Of a DNA stretch of 64,000 nucleotides, positions 13,528 through 23,307 are shown in pieces; position 1 is the first letter of the stretch; each line of letters begins with the position of its first letter. Below the pieces are notes generated by a model that saw only the letters and a list, made by a program, of their open reading frames with translations, did not search any database and was not told the DNA's origin. This DNA comes from an uncultured delta proteobacterium (GTDB taxonomy: Bacteria > Myxococcota > Myxococcia > Myxococcales > Myxococcaceae): assembly GCA_963713045.1 (NCBI GenBank), contig CAVQKE010000004.1, positions 960,001 through 1,024,000 of the forward strand, in the 5' to 3' direction. The position numbers and the translations under genes were made by a program.

Positions 13528-16314
13528 CTAGTTGGCGGCCGAGTGCGATTCCTTGGACGGCCGACTCAGGGTGGCGGTGATGCTCGGCGCTTGGACCGCG
13601 CGGGCGGCAATGCACAAATCGATGGCCTCCAGCACCTGCGCCAGGACGCGGCGTCCACCAAGCGTCTTGGGTGCCCGGGGCCCGAAGGCCGCGTCCACCT
13701 GCTGGCGGTGGTTCGCGTCGCAGAAGGAAGCGCCGGTGAGGAACAGCGCTGAGATGGTGGCTTGGGGAATTCCTTGGGTGAATCGGTCGAAGTCTTGACT
13801 GACGGCGTGGAAAACCGCTTCCCGGGCTTGAAGGGAGCTCATCTTCGCCTGCTGACCTTCCTCTCTTGCTCGCCCTCCGATGGCCAGCAACAGCCGACTC
13901 AGCTCGCGGCGGTCCACTGGAGCGGCCTCCACCAGGGCCATGTTCGCCTGCACCAGTGCTGGGTCTTGAAAGGCGGCGAGGCCGAGGACGAGGCGTGCGC
14001 GCAGGGCCCGGTCGGGAGTCGTCTTCAGCCGTTCCACCAGCTGGGCATGCAGCGTCGCATCTCCGAAGTAGCCGGCGATGGTCAGCGCGCTGACCACCAT
14101 GTCCTGGTCGACCGAGCTTGGGTCCTTGAGCCAGCGCTGCGTCATAGAGCGCGCCGCTTCAATCAGTGTGTGGTCCTCCCCGCTGATGGCCACGAAGAGC
14201 ACCAGGCGCGGGCGCAAGAGCCGCGTTTGGTCGGCCTCGCCGGGCTTGCCTTCCATCCCCAGGGCGCGCGCTGAAGCGCCGAAGTGCTGCCGGACCCAGG
14301 CCGCGTAGGGCTTTCGCATTGCGGGGTCCACAAAGTCGAAGCGGACGCGCGCCAACTCAATGGCTTGGGAGGTGACTTCGGGCTTGTGGACGTCCACCAG
14401 GCGGGTGGCTAAGTCCATCCCCGCGCCTTGCGGAAAGCGCCCGGCGGCCACCAGCGCGTCGACGTCCATCAGCAGTCCGACGGTTTCGGTGATGGTTAAC
14501 GAGCTGGCATCGCGCGTCACCAGGTTTCGCAACAGGCTCCCCTCGAGGTTGAGTCGGTAGTAGCCCCGGTAACCGGCATTGGGCAGCACCCAGGCAGGGC
14601 AGGCCGTCCCGCCAAGCAGCAGCTGGCCGGTGGCGTCCTTCAACAAAGTACAGGCACGGCGCTCGGTTCCGCCGCTTGCCCAACGGGTGCAGATGGGCAC
14701 CTGCCACAGGGTGTCACTGGTCCCCGTGGTGCCGACCGGAAGCAGGCGCTTCTGCTGGAGGGACAACGCGGCTTCCCCGCCCTTCGGACAGAGTAGTCGC
14801 ACGCTGATTTCGGGAATGCCCGGCTGGTCGAGGAAGGTGCTGAAGGCCGGCGCCACGTCCTGGCCGGTGGCTTCGGAGAGGGCGGCCAGGAAATTCGTGG
14901 CGGTGGCGTTTCCGTAGGCATAGCGGCTGAGGTACAGCTGGACGCCACTTCGAAATTTTTCCGGCCCGAGGTAGGACTCGAACATGCCGAGGACCGCGGC
15001 ACCCTTCTGGTAGGTGATGCCATCGAAGGCGTTGGCGATGTCGTCGTAACTGAGAATCGGCTGTCGGATGGTCCGGGCGCTGACCAGCGTGTCCTGGTTC
15101 GCGACGCGACTGCGGCTGCGGAGGTCCGACACCTGTGTCCACCAAGCCGGAGCCCAGCTGTCTATGGTCTTCTCTCCCATCCAAGTGGCGAAGGCCTCGT
15201 TGAGCCAGATGTCGTCCCACCAGCTCAGCGTCACCAAGTCGCCAAACCACTGGTGCGCGAATTCGTGGGCCAAGACTGCCGCCGTGCGGCGCCGGGACTG
15301 GAGATTGTCAGCTTCTGCGCGGCTGAGCAGGGAAGTTGCTGAAAACGTCACCAAGCCAGCGTTCTCCATGGCGCTGAAGTGCACGGTCAGCGGGATGACC
15401 AGCAGGTCGAGCTTCTCGAAGGGATAGGGCCGGGCGAAGTACGCCTCCAGGGTTTCGAGAATTTCCGGGGCGGTCCGCACGGCATAAGCCGCCTCATCGG
15501 CGCGGCCCCTGGGCGTGTAAATGCGCATCGGGACTCGATTCTTACCGGCCGGCCGCGCGTCGACGAAGTCGTAGGGCCCAACCGCAAACGCCACCAGGTA
15601 GGCCGGCAATGGCTTGGTGCGCGAGAACCGCACGCGCTTCATCCCCTCTCCGGCCGATTCTTCAGAAGCGATGGGTGTGTTGGAAACGGCGGTCAACTCC
15701 TTCGGGACGACCAGTGTCAGCTCCCAAGGAATTTTGGCGTCCGGCTCATCGACGCAAGGGAAGGCGCGACGCGCATCCGTTTCCTCGAACTGGGACGTCA
15801 CATACCAATCCCCGCCCTCCTTCTCCCGGAAGATGCCGTAGTCATCCGTCCCGGAAATGACGCCGGTGAAGGTCAGCTTGAGGGTGGTGCGTCCCGCCGG
15901 CAGAACCTGAGGGAACCGCAACGCCACGCGCTCCGGGGAGACGAAGACGCGCGCCTGCACCTCGGCATCCCCCACACGGGCTGAGGCCGACTGCAGGCTG
16001 AGGGCCCGAGCGTTGAGCCACAGCGTGTCGCTGGGCGTCTGGACGTCCACCTCCAGCTCGGTGGTGCCAGAAAAGCGTTCCGCCGAGGGGAGAATGGTCA
16101 GCTCGACGCGTTGAGCGAGCGGCTTCAGGCCGGTCGGCAGCCGCATTCCCGTCGGCGGCTGGGGGGCCACCACCACGCCGGGGGTGGGCGGATTGGCAGT
16201 GGACGCCGCCGGCTGGGCCGGCGGAGTGGCGCAAGCCAGGGCCGACGCCAGCAAGGAGAGATGCCAGCCGTGCAAGAGAAAAAACTGGGGGGAGGGGGAC
16301 GGCTGCCGTGTCAT
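13528..16314 (-). CDS. M1-family zinc aminopeptidase (probable lipoprotein)
   Basis: HEFAH-x18-E (WLNEAFA), SAMEN variant of GAMEN, ARRAFPCVDEP, YQKGAAVL; LLASALAC lipobox. Confidence 0.93.
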   Translation of the reverse strand: MTRQPSPSPQFFLLHGWHLSLLASALACATPPAQPAASTANPPTPGVVVAPQPPTGMRLPTGLKPLAQRVELTILPSAERFSGTTELEVDVQTPSDTLWLNARALSLQSASARVGDAEVQARVFVSPERVALRFPQVLPAGRTTLKLTFTGVISGTDDYGIFREKEGGDWYVTSQFEETDARRAFPCVDEPDAKIPWELTLVVPKELTAVSNTPIASEESAGEGMKRVRFSRTKPLPAYLVAFAVGPYDFVDARPAGKNRVPMRIYTPRGRADEAAYAVRTAPEILETLEAYFARPYPFEKLDLLVIPLTVHFSAMENAGLVTFSATSLLSRAEADNLQSRRRTAAVLAHEFAHQWFGDLVTLSWWDDIWLNEAFATWMGEKTIDSWAPAWWTQVSDLRSRSRVANQDTLVSARTIRQPILSYDDIANAFDGITYQKGAAVLGMFESYLGPEKFRSGVQLYLSRYAYGNATATNFLAALSEATGQDVAPAFSTFLDQPGIPEISVRLLCPKGGEAALSLQQKRLLPVGTTGTSDTLWQVPICTRWASGGTERRACTLLKDATGQLLLGGTACPAWVLPNAGYRGYYRLNLEGSLLRNLVTRDASSLTITETVGLLMDVDALVAAGRFPQGAGMDLATRLVDVHKPEVTSQAIELARVRFDFVDPAMRKPYAAWVRQHFGASARALGMEGKPGEADQTRLLRPRLVLFVAISGEDHTLIEAARSMTQRWLKDPSSVDQDMVVSALTIAGYFGDATLHAQLVERLKTTPDRALRARLVLGLAAFQDPALVQANMALVEAAPVDRRELSRLLLAIGGRAREEGQQAKMSSLQAREAVFHAVSQDFDRFTQGIPQATISALFLTGASFCDANHRQQVDAAFGPRAPKTLGGRRVLAQVLEAIDLCIAARAVQAPSITATLSRPSKESHSAAN

Positions 16315-16420
16315 GCCCCGCGCGCTTACCTCAGCGGACGCTGAAAAAGCGAGGCGGGAGGGGCTGCGGAGGTTGGGACGCGGGGAGCCCTCGGGCCCGG
16401 GGGTGTCAAAAGAAGCGCCG

Positions 16421-17278
16421 TTAGCGCTGCGCGGGCAGTGTCCGCTGGGCATTCTTCAGCGCATTCTTCATCAGCATGGCGATGGTCATCGGCCCCACCC
16501 CGCCGGGCACGGGGGTGATGGCTGACGCCCGCTGGGCGGCGGCGGCAAATTCGACGTCGCCCACCAGCTTCCCGTCCGGAAGTCGGTTCATCCCGACGTC
16601 GATGACCACCGCCCCGGGCCGAATCCACGCCCCCTTCACCAATTCCGGGACGCCCGCTGCGACCACCACCAGTTCGCCCCGGGCCACTTCCTCGGCCAGA
16701 TTGCTCTTCCGGTGGCAGATGGTGACGGTGGCGCTGGCATTCACCAGCATGAGAGCCATCGGTCGGCCGACGAGGATGCTCCGCCCCACCACCACCGCCC
16801 GCTTGCCCATCGGGTTGAAGCCAATCTCCTCGAGCATTCTCATCACGCCCCACGGGGTGCAGGGGAGCGTCGCCTCCCGGCCCTGGGCCAGAAGCCCAGC
16901 ATTGACGGGCTGCAGCCCGTCGGCGTCCTTGTCTGGGCGAAGCGCAGCGAGCAAGGCCTCGGCATCTATCTGCTTCGGCACCGGAAGCTGGACCAGGATG
17001 CCGTGAATGGCCGGGTCGGCGTTGAGGCCTTCCAGCTGCTCCAGCGCTCGCTGTTGGCTGACGTCTTCTGGGAGGTGCACTTCAAGGGCGTGAAAGCCCA
17101 GCTCGCCGGCCACCTTTCGCTTGCTGGTGACGTAGATTTTGCTCGCCGGGTCCTCCCCAATCCGCATCACCGCCAAGCCGGGGACGAGGCCGTGTTTCGC
17201 CTTCATCTCCGCCACATCCTTGGCCACCTCGGCGCGGACTTTGGCGGCGATGGCTTTTCCGTCGATGAGAGTCGCCAT
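16421..17278 (-). CDS. folD: Methylenetetrahydrofolate dehydrogenase/cyclohydrolase
   Basis: [41 protein letters not shown]. Confidence 0.97.
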   Translation of the reverse strand: MATLIDGKAIAAKVRAEVAKDVAEMKAKHGLVPGLAVMRIGEDPASKIYVTSKRKVAGELGFHALEVHLPEDVSQQRALEQLEGLNADPAIHGILVQLPVPKQIDAEALLAALRPDKDADGLQPVNAGLLAQGREATLPCTPWGVMRMLEEIGFNPMGKRAVVVGRSILVGRPMALMLVNASATVTICHRKSNLAEEVARGELVVVAAGVPELVKGAWIRPGAVVIDVGMNRLPDGKLVGDVEFAAAAQRASAITPVPGGVGPMTIAMLMKNALKNAQRTLPAQR

Positions 17279-17335
17279 GTCGAGGAACGGCACTCTAGCC
17301 GACTGCACCGCCGCTCGCGTACCGTGTGCACCGAC

Positions 17336-18331
17336 ATGGCCCCGCGAGACCTCATCGACCTGCACATCCACGTGGGCGGTGCAGTCGCCCCGCACGTGCT
17401 GTGGTCCATCGCCCATGCCCAGGGCTTCAAGCTGCCGACGAAGAATTACTTCGAATTCGTCGAGCTGATTACCGCCCGCGCCGACAAGGTGGCCAGCCTG
17501 GACGACTACCTGGCCATTATGCACACCTGGACCGAGAAAATTCAGAGCTCCCCGATGGCCATGGAGCGCAGCATTTACGAGGTTTTCGGAAAAGAATACC
17601 GCGGGAGCCGAGTCAGTCAGATGGAGCTTCGCTTCAACCCGATGAAGCGGAACCTCCATGCCGAGCTGGACTTGGACCACATCATCCACGCCTCGCTGCG
17701 CGGAATGGACCGGGCGGTCTTGGAATATGGCGTGAAGGGGGGCCTCATCTTTTGTCTGGCCCGTGAGTTCGACCCCGCGCTGAATGCCATCATCGTCGAG
17801 AAGGCCATCCGTTACGCCCACCGCGGCGTGGTGGGCATTGACTTGGCCGGGACGGAGAATGAGGCGCTGGAAAAGGACCGCACGCAGCTGGACCGCTACA
17901 GCGAACTTTTCTCGCGGGCGCGAGCCGCGGGCCTGAAGACCACGGTCCATACCGGGGAGACCGCCGGCACCGGCGCCGAAGGGGTGATGGCGGTGGTGGA
18001 GCGCCTCAAACCCAACCGCATTGGCCATGGGATTCGCGCCGCTTACGACGAGTCGGCGATGCGGGCGCTGCGCGAGCAGGGCGTGGTGCTCGAGCTGTGC
18101 CCGACGTCCAACCTGCACACCCATGCCGTCTCGGGCGTCGACGAATTGCGCCACATTGTGCAGACCCTGCTGGACCGTCGGGTGAAGGTGACACTGAATA
18201 CCGATGGGCCCTACCTGTTGGAGACTGACATGCAGTCCGAGGTCCAGCTGGTGGAGAAGCACGGTGTCATGACGCCGGCACAGGTGGACCAAGCCCTGGC
18301 CACCGCCCGGGAGGCGTCCTTCATCCGCTAG
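17336..18331 (+). CDS. Adenosine/adenine deaminase family amidohydrolase
   Basis: [29 protein letters not shown]. Confidence 0.88.
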   Translation: MAPRDLIDLHIHVGGAVAPHVLWSIAHAQGFKLPTKNYFEFVELITARADKVASLDDYLAIMHTWTEKIQSSPMAMERSIYEVFGKEYRGSRVSQMELRFNPMKRNLHAELDLDHIIHASLRGMDRAVLEYGVKGGLIFCLAREFDPALNAIIVEKAIRYAHRGVVGIDLAGTENEALEKDRTQLDRYSELFSRARAAGLKTTVHTGETAGTGAEGVMAVVERLKPNRIGHGIRAAYDESAMRALREQGVVLELCPTSNLHTHAVSGVDELRHIVQTLLDRRVKVTLNTDGPYLLETDMQSEVQLVEKHGVMTPAQVDQALATAREASFIR

Positions 18332-18339
18332 CCCGCTCC

Positions 18340-19431
18340 TTGTACCGCTTCCTCCGACCCCTCCTCTTCCTGCTGCCGCCCGAGCGCGCCCACGCCCTCG
18401 GCATGGCGTTGCTGGCGCTGCTCAGCCGCTGGCCTTCCTGGTGCCGGCGCACCCGCGCGCGCGCGCTTCGCACACGGGGGGGCACGGCGGCCGTCGACTT
18501 GCGGCTGCGGAGCGCTGGCCTGGAGTTGGCGCACCCGCTGGCCCTGGCCGCCGGGCTGGACAAGGACGGGCATGCGGTGTCCGGTCTGTTCGCCCTTGGT
18601 TTCGCCGCGGTGGAGGTGGGGACCGTCACCCCGAGGCCCCAGTCCGGCAACCCCGCGCCCCGCCTTTTCCGCCTCCCGGAATATGGGGCCCTCATCAACC
18701 GGCTGGGTTTCAACAGCGCCGGCGCCGAGGCGGCCGCCGCGTCCCTGCGCGCGGCGCAATGGCGGCCGGGGCCGCTGGGCATCAACATTGGGAAAAACAA
18801 GGAGACACCCCTGGAGGACGCAGCGGAGGATTACCTGGCCTGCGTCAGCCGCCTGGCCCCCGATGCGGACTACCTGGTGGTGAATGCCAGCAGCCCCAAC
18901 ACCCCGCTGCTGCGAGAGTTGCAGCAGCCGGAGCTGCTGGCCGCGCTCCTCGGTGCCGTCCGCAGCCGAATGGACGCAGTGGCTCCCGGCCGGCCGCTGT
19001 TTCTGAAGGTGTCCCCGGACTTGACGCCGGAGGCGGTGGACGCGGTGGTGGACGTCGCCCTGGAGGCTGGAGCCTCGGGACTGATTGCCACCAACACCAC
19101 CATCACCCGCCCCTTTGCCCACCGGTGGGCTTCCCAGGAGGGCGGCCTTTCCGGGCGGCCGTTGCGGGGACTGGCGATGGAGACATTGCGGCGGGCGGCG
19201 CGACGCGCCAACGGGCGCTTGGCGCTGTGGGGTGCGGGCGGGGTGGCCACGCCGCAGGACGTCTATGAAAGGCTGCGCGCCGGGGCCTCGGTGGTGCAGC
19301 TGTACACGGCGCTGGTGTACCAGGGCCCAGGCTTGGTGCATCAGTTGCTGGAAGGGCTGCGGGCGTTGCTTCGGCGGGACGGCTTCCGCCGAGTGGAGGA
19401 CGCCCTTGGCGCGGACGTCCGCGGCGAGTGA
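18340..19431 (+). CDS. pyrD: Quinone-dependent dihydroorotate dehydrogenase (class 2)
   Basis: [49 protein letters not shown]. Confidence 0.95.
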   Translation: MYRFLRPLLFLLPPERAHALGMALLALLSRWPSWCRRTRARALRTRGGTAAVDLRLRSAGLELAHPLALAAGLDKDGHAVSGLFALGFAAVEVGTVTPRPQSGNPAPRLFRLPEYGALINRLGFNSAGAEAAAASLRAAQWRPGPLGINIGKNKETPLEDAAEDYLACVSRLAPDADYLVVNASSPNTPLLRELQQPELLAALLGAVRSRMDAVAPGRPLFLKVSPDLTPEAVDAVVDVALEAGASGLIATNTTITRPFAHRWASQEGGLSGRPLRGLAMETLRRAARRANGRLALWGAGGVATPQDVYERLRAGASVVQLYTALVYQGPGLVHQLLEGLRALLRRDGFRRVEDALGADVRGE

Positions 19432-19490
19432 CGCGGGATGGGAAGACCGCTGCGTCAGAAGGGGCTGCCTCCCGAATTGGCGCGGCGCCC

Positions 19491-21386
19491 TTACATCGCG
19501 TTCGCAAAGTCACGGAACAAATGCACCCATTGAAAAGGTGTCAGGCCGAATTCAATTCCGTTGCGCACAATTATCAGGTTTTTCTGGGGTGAAACGTAAA
19601 TGTATTGCCCTTTGTTGCCTTGGCCGTAAAAATCGCTCTTGCCGCCCGGACGTCTGTCTCCCCACCAGAAGTACTTATAGTAGTGCCCTTGAGAGATGAA
19701 AAAGGAATCCTCTCCATAATAGCTGGACGGTTTCTCTTCGGGTTGTGTGGCTTCCTCCACCCAGGCCGCGGTTACAACCTGGGTTCCCTCCCATCGCCCC
19801 TCATTCAGCATCAGACGGCCAAGTTTCGCGAAATCTATGGCCCGAGCATTGATGCCACTCTCCATTTTTTCAAAACCGTTCCGCGGACGGTCAGTGCTCC
19901 ACGAGCCGCCATATTCCATTCCTAGCTTGTCCCACAGCTGCTTCTGCAAGTATTCAGTAACTGATGCTCCTGAAACCCGCTCCAAAATCATGCCAATCAG
20001 AAGTGGGTGATAATTGTTATAGACCCACCGCTTTCCTGCAGGCTCCACGATAACGGTGTCATCGAGCGCGGCTTTTCGCAAATCCGGCTCGAGGTAAGTG
20101 ACTCGGCCATCGTAGTAGGGCCCGCTCTCCTCGTACCTGATCCCCGATGCCATGGAGAGCAAGTCCCTGATGGTAATAAGGCGGAAGCGCTCGTCTCGTT
20201 GTGCCAGCTCGGGAAGGTACTTCGTGATCGGGTCCGAAACGCTGCCGATCAGCCCTCCGTCGATAGCAATGCCGATCAACGTCGAGTCAAATGATTTTGC
20301 AACCGAGAAGGAAGTAGCGACGGAGTCCCTCCTGTAACCGTTAAAGTATCTCTCGTAGAGGATCGTGTCGTTCTGGATGACAATGAACGAGGTGGTCTCG
20401 GTCCTTCGCAGAAAGTGTTCGAGCGTCTCGACTCGCTTGCCGGGTAAGTATTCGAGGCGACTGAACAGCTCCGCCACCCTGCCATCTTGTAGCTTCCGGG
20501 AGAAATGGAACGGCTTCGCCGCCGGCTTAAGTTCGCGAGACTGAAACACCAAATAGTCGACGACGGACGCGTCGCCCCACTCCCGAATCCGGCCCTCATA
20601 AGTGTCGATGTCAGGCACGGCCTTCAGGCGAAGCTTGCGTCTTTTCATCTCGTGGATATCAATCAGGGGCCCATCGATAGGGACCTGGCTCCGCTCGATT
20701 CCGGAGAATCGGACCTTCTGGAATTGGCTAACTTGGGGTGCCTTGTCAGGAAGGATTTCAGGGAAGTCGACTTCCTCGGACGTACGGCTGATGAAGCGGG
20801 CCACCTTGAAGCCCATGACGACCTGCTCGCTCCACCTGAATGGCAGGCGTTTGAAGGGGATGGCCATTTCGGCGGTCCAGCCGCTTGAGGTCCGGACTGC
20901 TGCGCTAGACCACTTTGTGTCGAAGGCCGTGTTGGGATCGCCGTTTGCATCCAGCGTACCGTCGACTTGGACTCCACCGGGAGTAACCTTGAAGAAAAGT
21001 GCGCTCAACTCGTCATTTCGCGTGTCAAGGCAAAATGCGACCCAGTCGTCGCCTTCCGGATTATCTCGGTGCTGGGCCTGCGATTGGATTTTATCCGGTT
21101 CACTGTCAAAGGCGCGGAGTCCGACATAGAGACTGTTACCATCGTACGTAAGATAAATCTCCGTCGGTTCCGAAGGAGCTTTTCCCGTCACCGGGTGCAT
21201 GGTCTTTAAATCCCTGAAACTTGCGGCCCGTTGCCACGCCGGATCGTCCAGGGACCCGTCGATCCGAGGCGGATTCGCTGTTTTCGGTACCTGAACCTCT
21301 TGTGGTGCCACCACGAGAACTGCTTCGGGTGAAGTGGCACCCGCCGCAGACCCGAGCACGATGCAGATCGTCAAACGCGCCACCAC
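19491..21386 (-). CDS. Exported serine hydrolase (beta-lactamase/NylB-like) fused to an N-terminal CBM9-like domain
   Basis: Signal peptide; PPRIDGSLDDPAW...WTAEMAIPF (CBM9-like); SxxK (FSVAK), ITIRDLLSMASG, YNN, GNKGQ. Visibly lower GC than its flanks; AGGAGG RBS. Confidence 0.85.
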   Translation of the reverse strand: MVARLTICIVLGSAAGATSPEAVLVVAPQEVQVPKTANPPRIDGSLDDPAWQRAASFRDLKTMHPVTGKAPSEPTEIYLTYDGNSLYVGLRAFDSEPDKIQSQAQHRDNPEGDDWVAFCLDTRNDELSALFFKVTPGGVQVDGTLDANGDPNTAFDTKWSSAAVRTSSGWTAEMAIPFKRLPFRWSEQVVMGFKVARFISRTSEEVDFPEILPDKAPQVSQFQKVRFSGIERSQVPIDGPLIDIHEMKRRKLRLKAVPDIDTYEGRIREWGDASVVDYLVFQSRELKPAAKPFHFSRKLQDGRVAELFSRLEYLPGKRVETLEHFLRRTETTSFIVIQNDTILYERYFNGYRRDSVATSFSVAKSFDSTLIGIAIDGGLIGSVSDPITKYLPELAQRDERFRLITIRDLLSMASGIRYEESGPYYDGRVTYLEPDLRKAALDDTVIVEPAGKRWVYNNYHPLLIGMILERVSGASVTEYLQKQLWDKLGMEYGGSWSTDRPRNGFEKMESGINARAIDFAKLGRLMLNEGRWEGTQVVTAAWVEEATQPEEKPSSYYGEDSFFISQGHYYKYFWWGDRRPGGKSDFYGQGNKGQYIYVSPQKNLIIVRNGIEFGLTPFQWVHLFRDFANAM

Positions 21387-21577
21387 CGTCGTCAGCGCCT
21401 CCTGACCGGAACGGAACTTAGGTCACACGCCCTTCGCCGAACCAAACTAATGTGGCCGCTTCGGGTGCGGAGAGGCGACCTCTCGCTGGCGCGAGGGCCG
21501 CGCCGGTTGAGCGAATCACGCCGGACGATGCGACCCGGTGTCATGAATCCTCCGCCGGCTCGGGCCTTAGGCCAGCC

Positions 21578-23233
21578 TTAGGCCTCGCGCACCGGAAGCA
21601 GCGTGGACAGTTCTGCCGGCAGCTCTCCCCGGGCGAGCGCCGGGCCGGCCTCGGCCAGCAGCCGCTGCAGGGCCCCGTCCACCAGACGCGCCGCCTCCTC
21701 GCCCGTGCCTGGAGCCAGCGCCTGCAGCTGAGAGACGAGGGCATCCCGCGTCTGCTTCTTCAACCGGGGTGCCTCCGTCCCACCTTCCAGCAGCGCCGCT
21801 GCCAGGGGCCCAAGCTGTGCCCGCAGCACGGGAGCCACCCGCAGCCTCCCTTCCAGCGCGGCGTGAGCCAGCGCAGACAACAGCACCGCCGGCGTGCCCC
21901 CCACCGGCCAGTCCTCGCCCAGCGAGGAGAGTGCCGCACGAGCCCCCTCTTCGGTCCCGCCAAGAAGCGCCGACAGCAGCCTCTCTTGGTGCTCCGCCCT
22001 TTCCAGCAGCGCCTCCGCCTCCTGCACCTCGCGCAGGCGGCGGAAGGGCACCGGCTCAGCGCCCTCCACGCGCAGCGCGCGGAGGGGCCGGGCGCGCCGC
22101 AGCGCCACCACGGCGGCGGCGACGTCGGGCCAGAGGAGATATTCGCCGTCCAGGCGCGCCAGCGGCCGCCGCGCAAGTCGGTCGGCGCGGTGCTTGAGGC
22201 GCAGGCCCAAGGTGAAGCCAACTTGGAAAATGTGGCGAGAGGTCTCGGCCCGCACCACCTCCACCGCCCGAGCGACGCTGCCGCCCGACAGGTAGTCGAG
22301 GCCAAGCTCGAGGGTGTCCCGCGCGCGCTCGCTGGCGTTGCGAATGGCTTCCGGGTCGCCTGGGTCCGCCCGTCCGTCCACCAGCACCGCATTCACCACC
22401 GTCCGGAGTTCGTCCTCCAAGTTGTCCCGCTCATCCGCGGTGAGGGCTTCCAGGGCTGGCGCCAACAGCGGCGGCCGCTCCCGGCTGTGCACCAGCGCCG
22501 AGAGGCTGTCGTCGGTGGACGGCAAGGCCGGCGGCAGGGGCACCCGGGCGAAAAGGGAGCGCGCCGTCTCCGGGTCCGGGAATCCCAAGTCCGTGAGGCG
22601 GGCATTTCTAAAGCCATAGGCCACCTCCTCCAACTCGCTGGGGAGGGCCCAGCGCGCGGACTCGAGGAGCCGACTCAGGCCGAGTCCGTCCTTGTCGATG
22701 AAGTCCATGAGCAGCGCGCGCAGGGCGGTTTGGTCGACCGACTGCTCGGCCCGAAACTCCACCCGGTACCGGCCGTCCGCCGAATCCAGCGTCAGCCCCT
22801 CGACGTGCAGGTCTGGCTCCTCCTCCAAGTCGTGGATGACGGTGTGCTGGCGAAGAAGCAACTCGATGAGTTCCAAGTCGAGGCCGGCCACTTGGGCGTG
22901 AAAGGCCGCCGCGTCGTCGCCGCGGGCGGCGCGAATCCAGGCCAGTAGGGCATGACTGTCGAGCCGGTCACGCTGCCAGGCGCCCAAGTCGACGAAGGCC
23001 TGAAACTGCCTCGGGGACGACAGTTGGACGACGTCGGTGGAGTCGGCCAGTCCCACCGAGCGAATGTCCAGGTACAGCGCTTCTGCGGGAAGGCGGCGCA
23101 CCAGGGCGGCGGCGTCCGGCTGGTCAGTCAGCGCCCCGAGGCGCGCCTTGGGCTCAAGCCGTTGGAGTTGGCGCACCAGCTGCGCCCGTGCGGCCTTGCG
23201 GTCCTGGCCATTGCCTGCCCGGTGCTTCGCCAT
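21578..23233 (-). CDS. Conserved deltaproteobacterial hypothetical protein (DUF6178-like)
   Basis: QFQAFVDLGAWQRD and ELEEVAYGFRNARLTDLGFP resemble DUF6178 as recalled; codon usage is gene-like. Confidence 0.65.
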   Translation of the reverse strand: MAKHRAGNGQDRKAARAQLVRQLQRLEPKARLGALTDQPDAAALVRRLPAEALYLDIRSVGLADSTDVVQLSSPRQFQAFVDLGAWQRDRLDSHALLAWIRAARGDDAAAFHAQVAGLDLELIELLLRQHTVIHDLEEEPDLHVEGLTLDSADGRYRVEFRAEQSVDQTALRALLMDFIDKDGLGLSRLLESARWALPSELEEVAYGFRNARLTDLGFPDPETARSLFARVPLPPALPSTDDSLSALVHSRERPPLLAPALEALTADERDNLEDELRTVVNAVLVDGRADPGDPEAIRNASERARDTLELGLDYLSGGSVARAVEVVRAETSRHIFQVGFTLGLRLKHRADRLARRPLARLDGEYLLWPDVAAAVVALRRARPLRALRVEGAEPVPFRRLREVQEAEALLERAEHQERLLSALLGGTEEGARAALSSLGEDWPVGGTPAVLLSALAHAALEGRLRVAPVLRAQLGPLAAALLEGGTEAPRLKKQTRDALVSQLQALAPGTGEEAARLVDGALQRLLAEAGPALARGELPAELSTLLPVREA

Positions 23234-23307
23234 GGCCCCTCAGGCTCCTGACTAGCACGTCGGGGTTACCGACGCGCTACGCGGAGGCTGGCGTTGGGGT
23301 GCAACCG

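Noticed and set aside
19491..21386. Calling this an antibiotic-resistance beta-lactamase
   Set aside because: SxxK/YxN motifs are shared by many esterases and amidases, so the substrate cannot be inferred.
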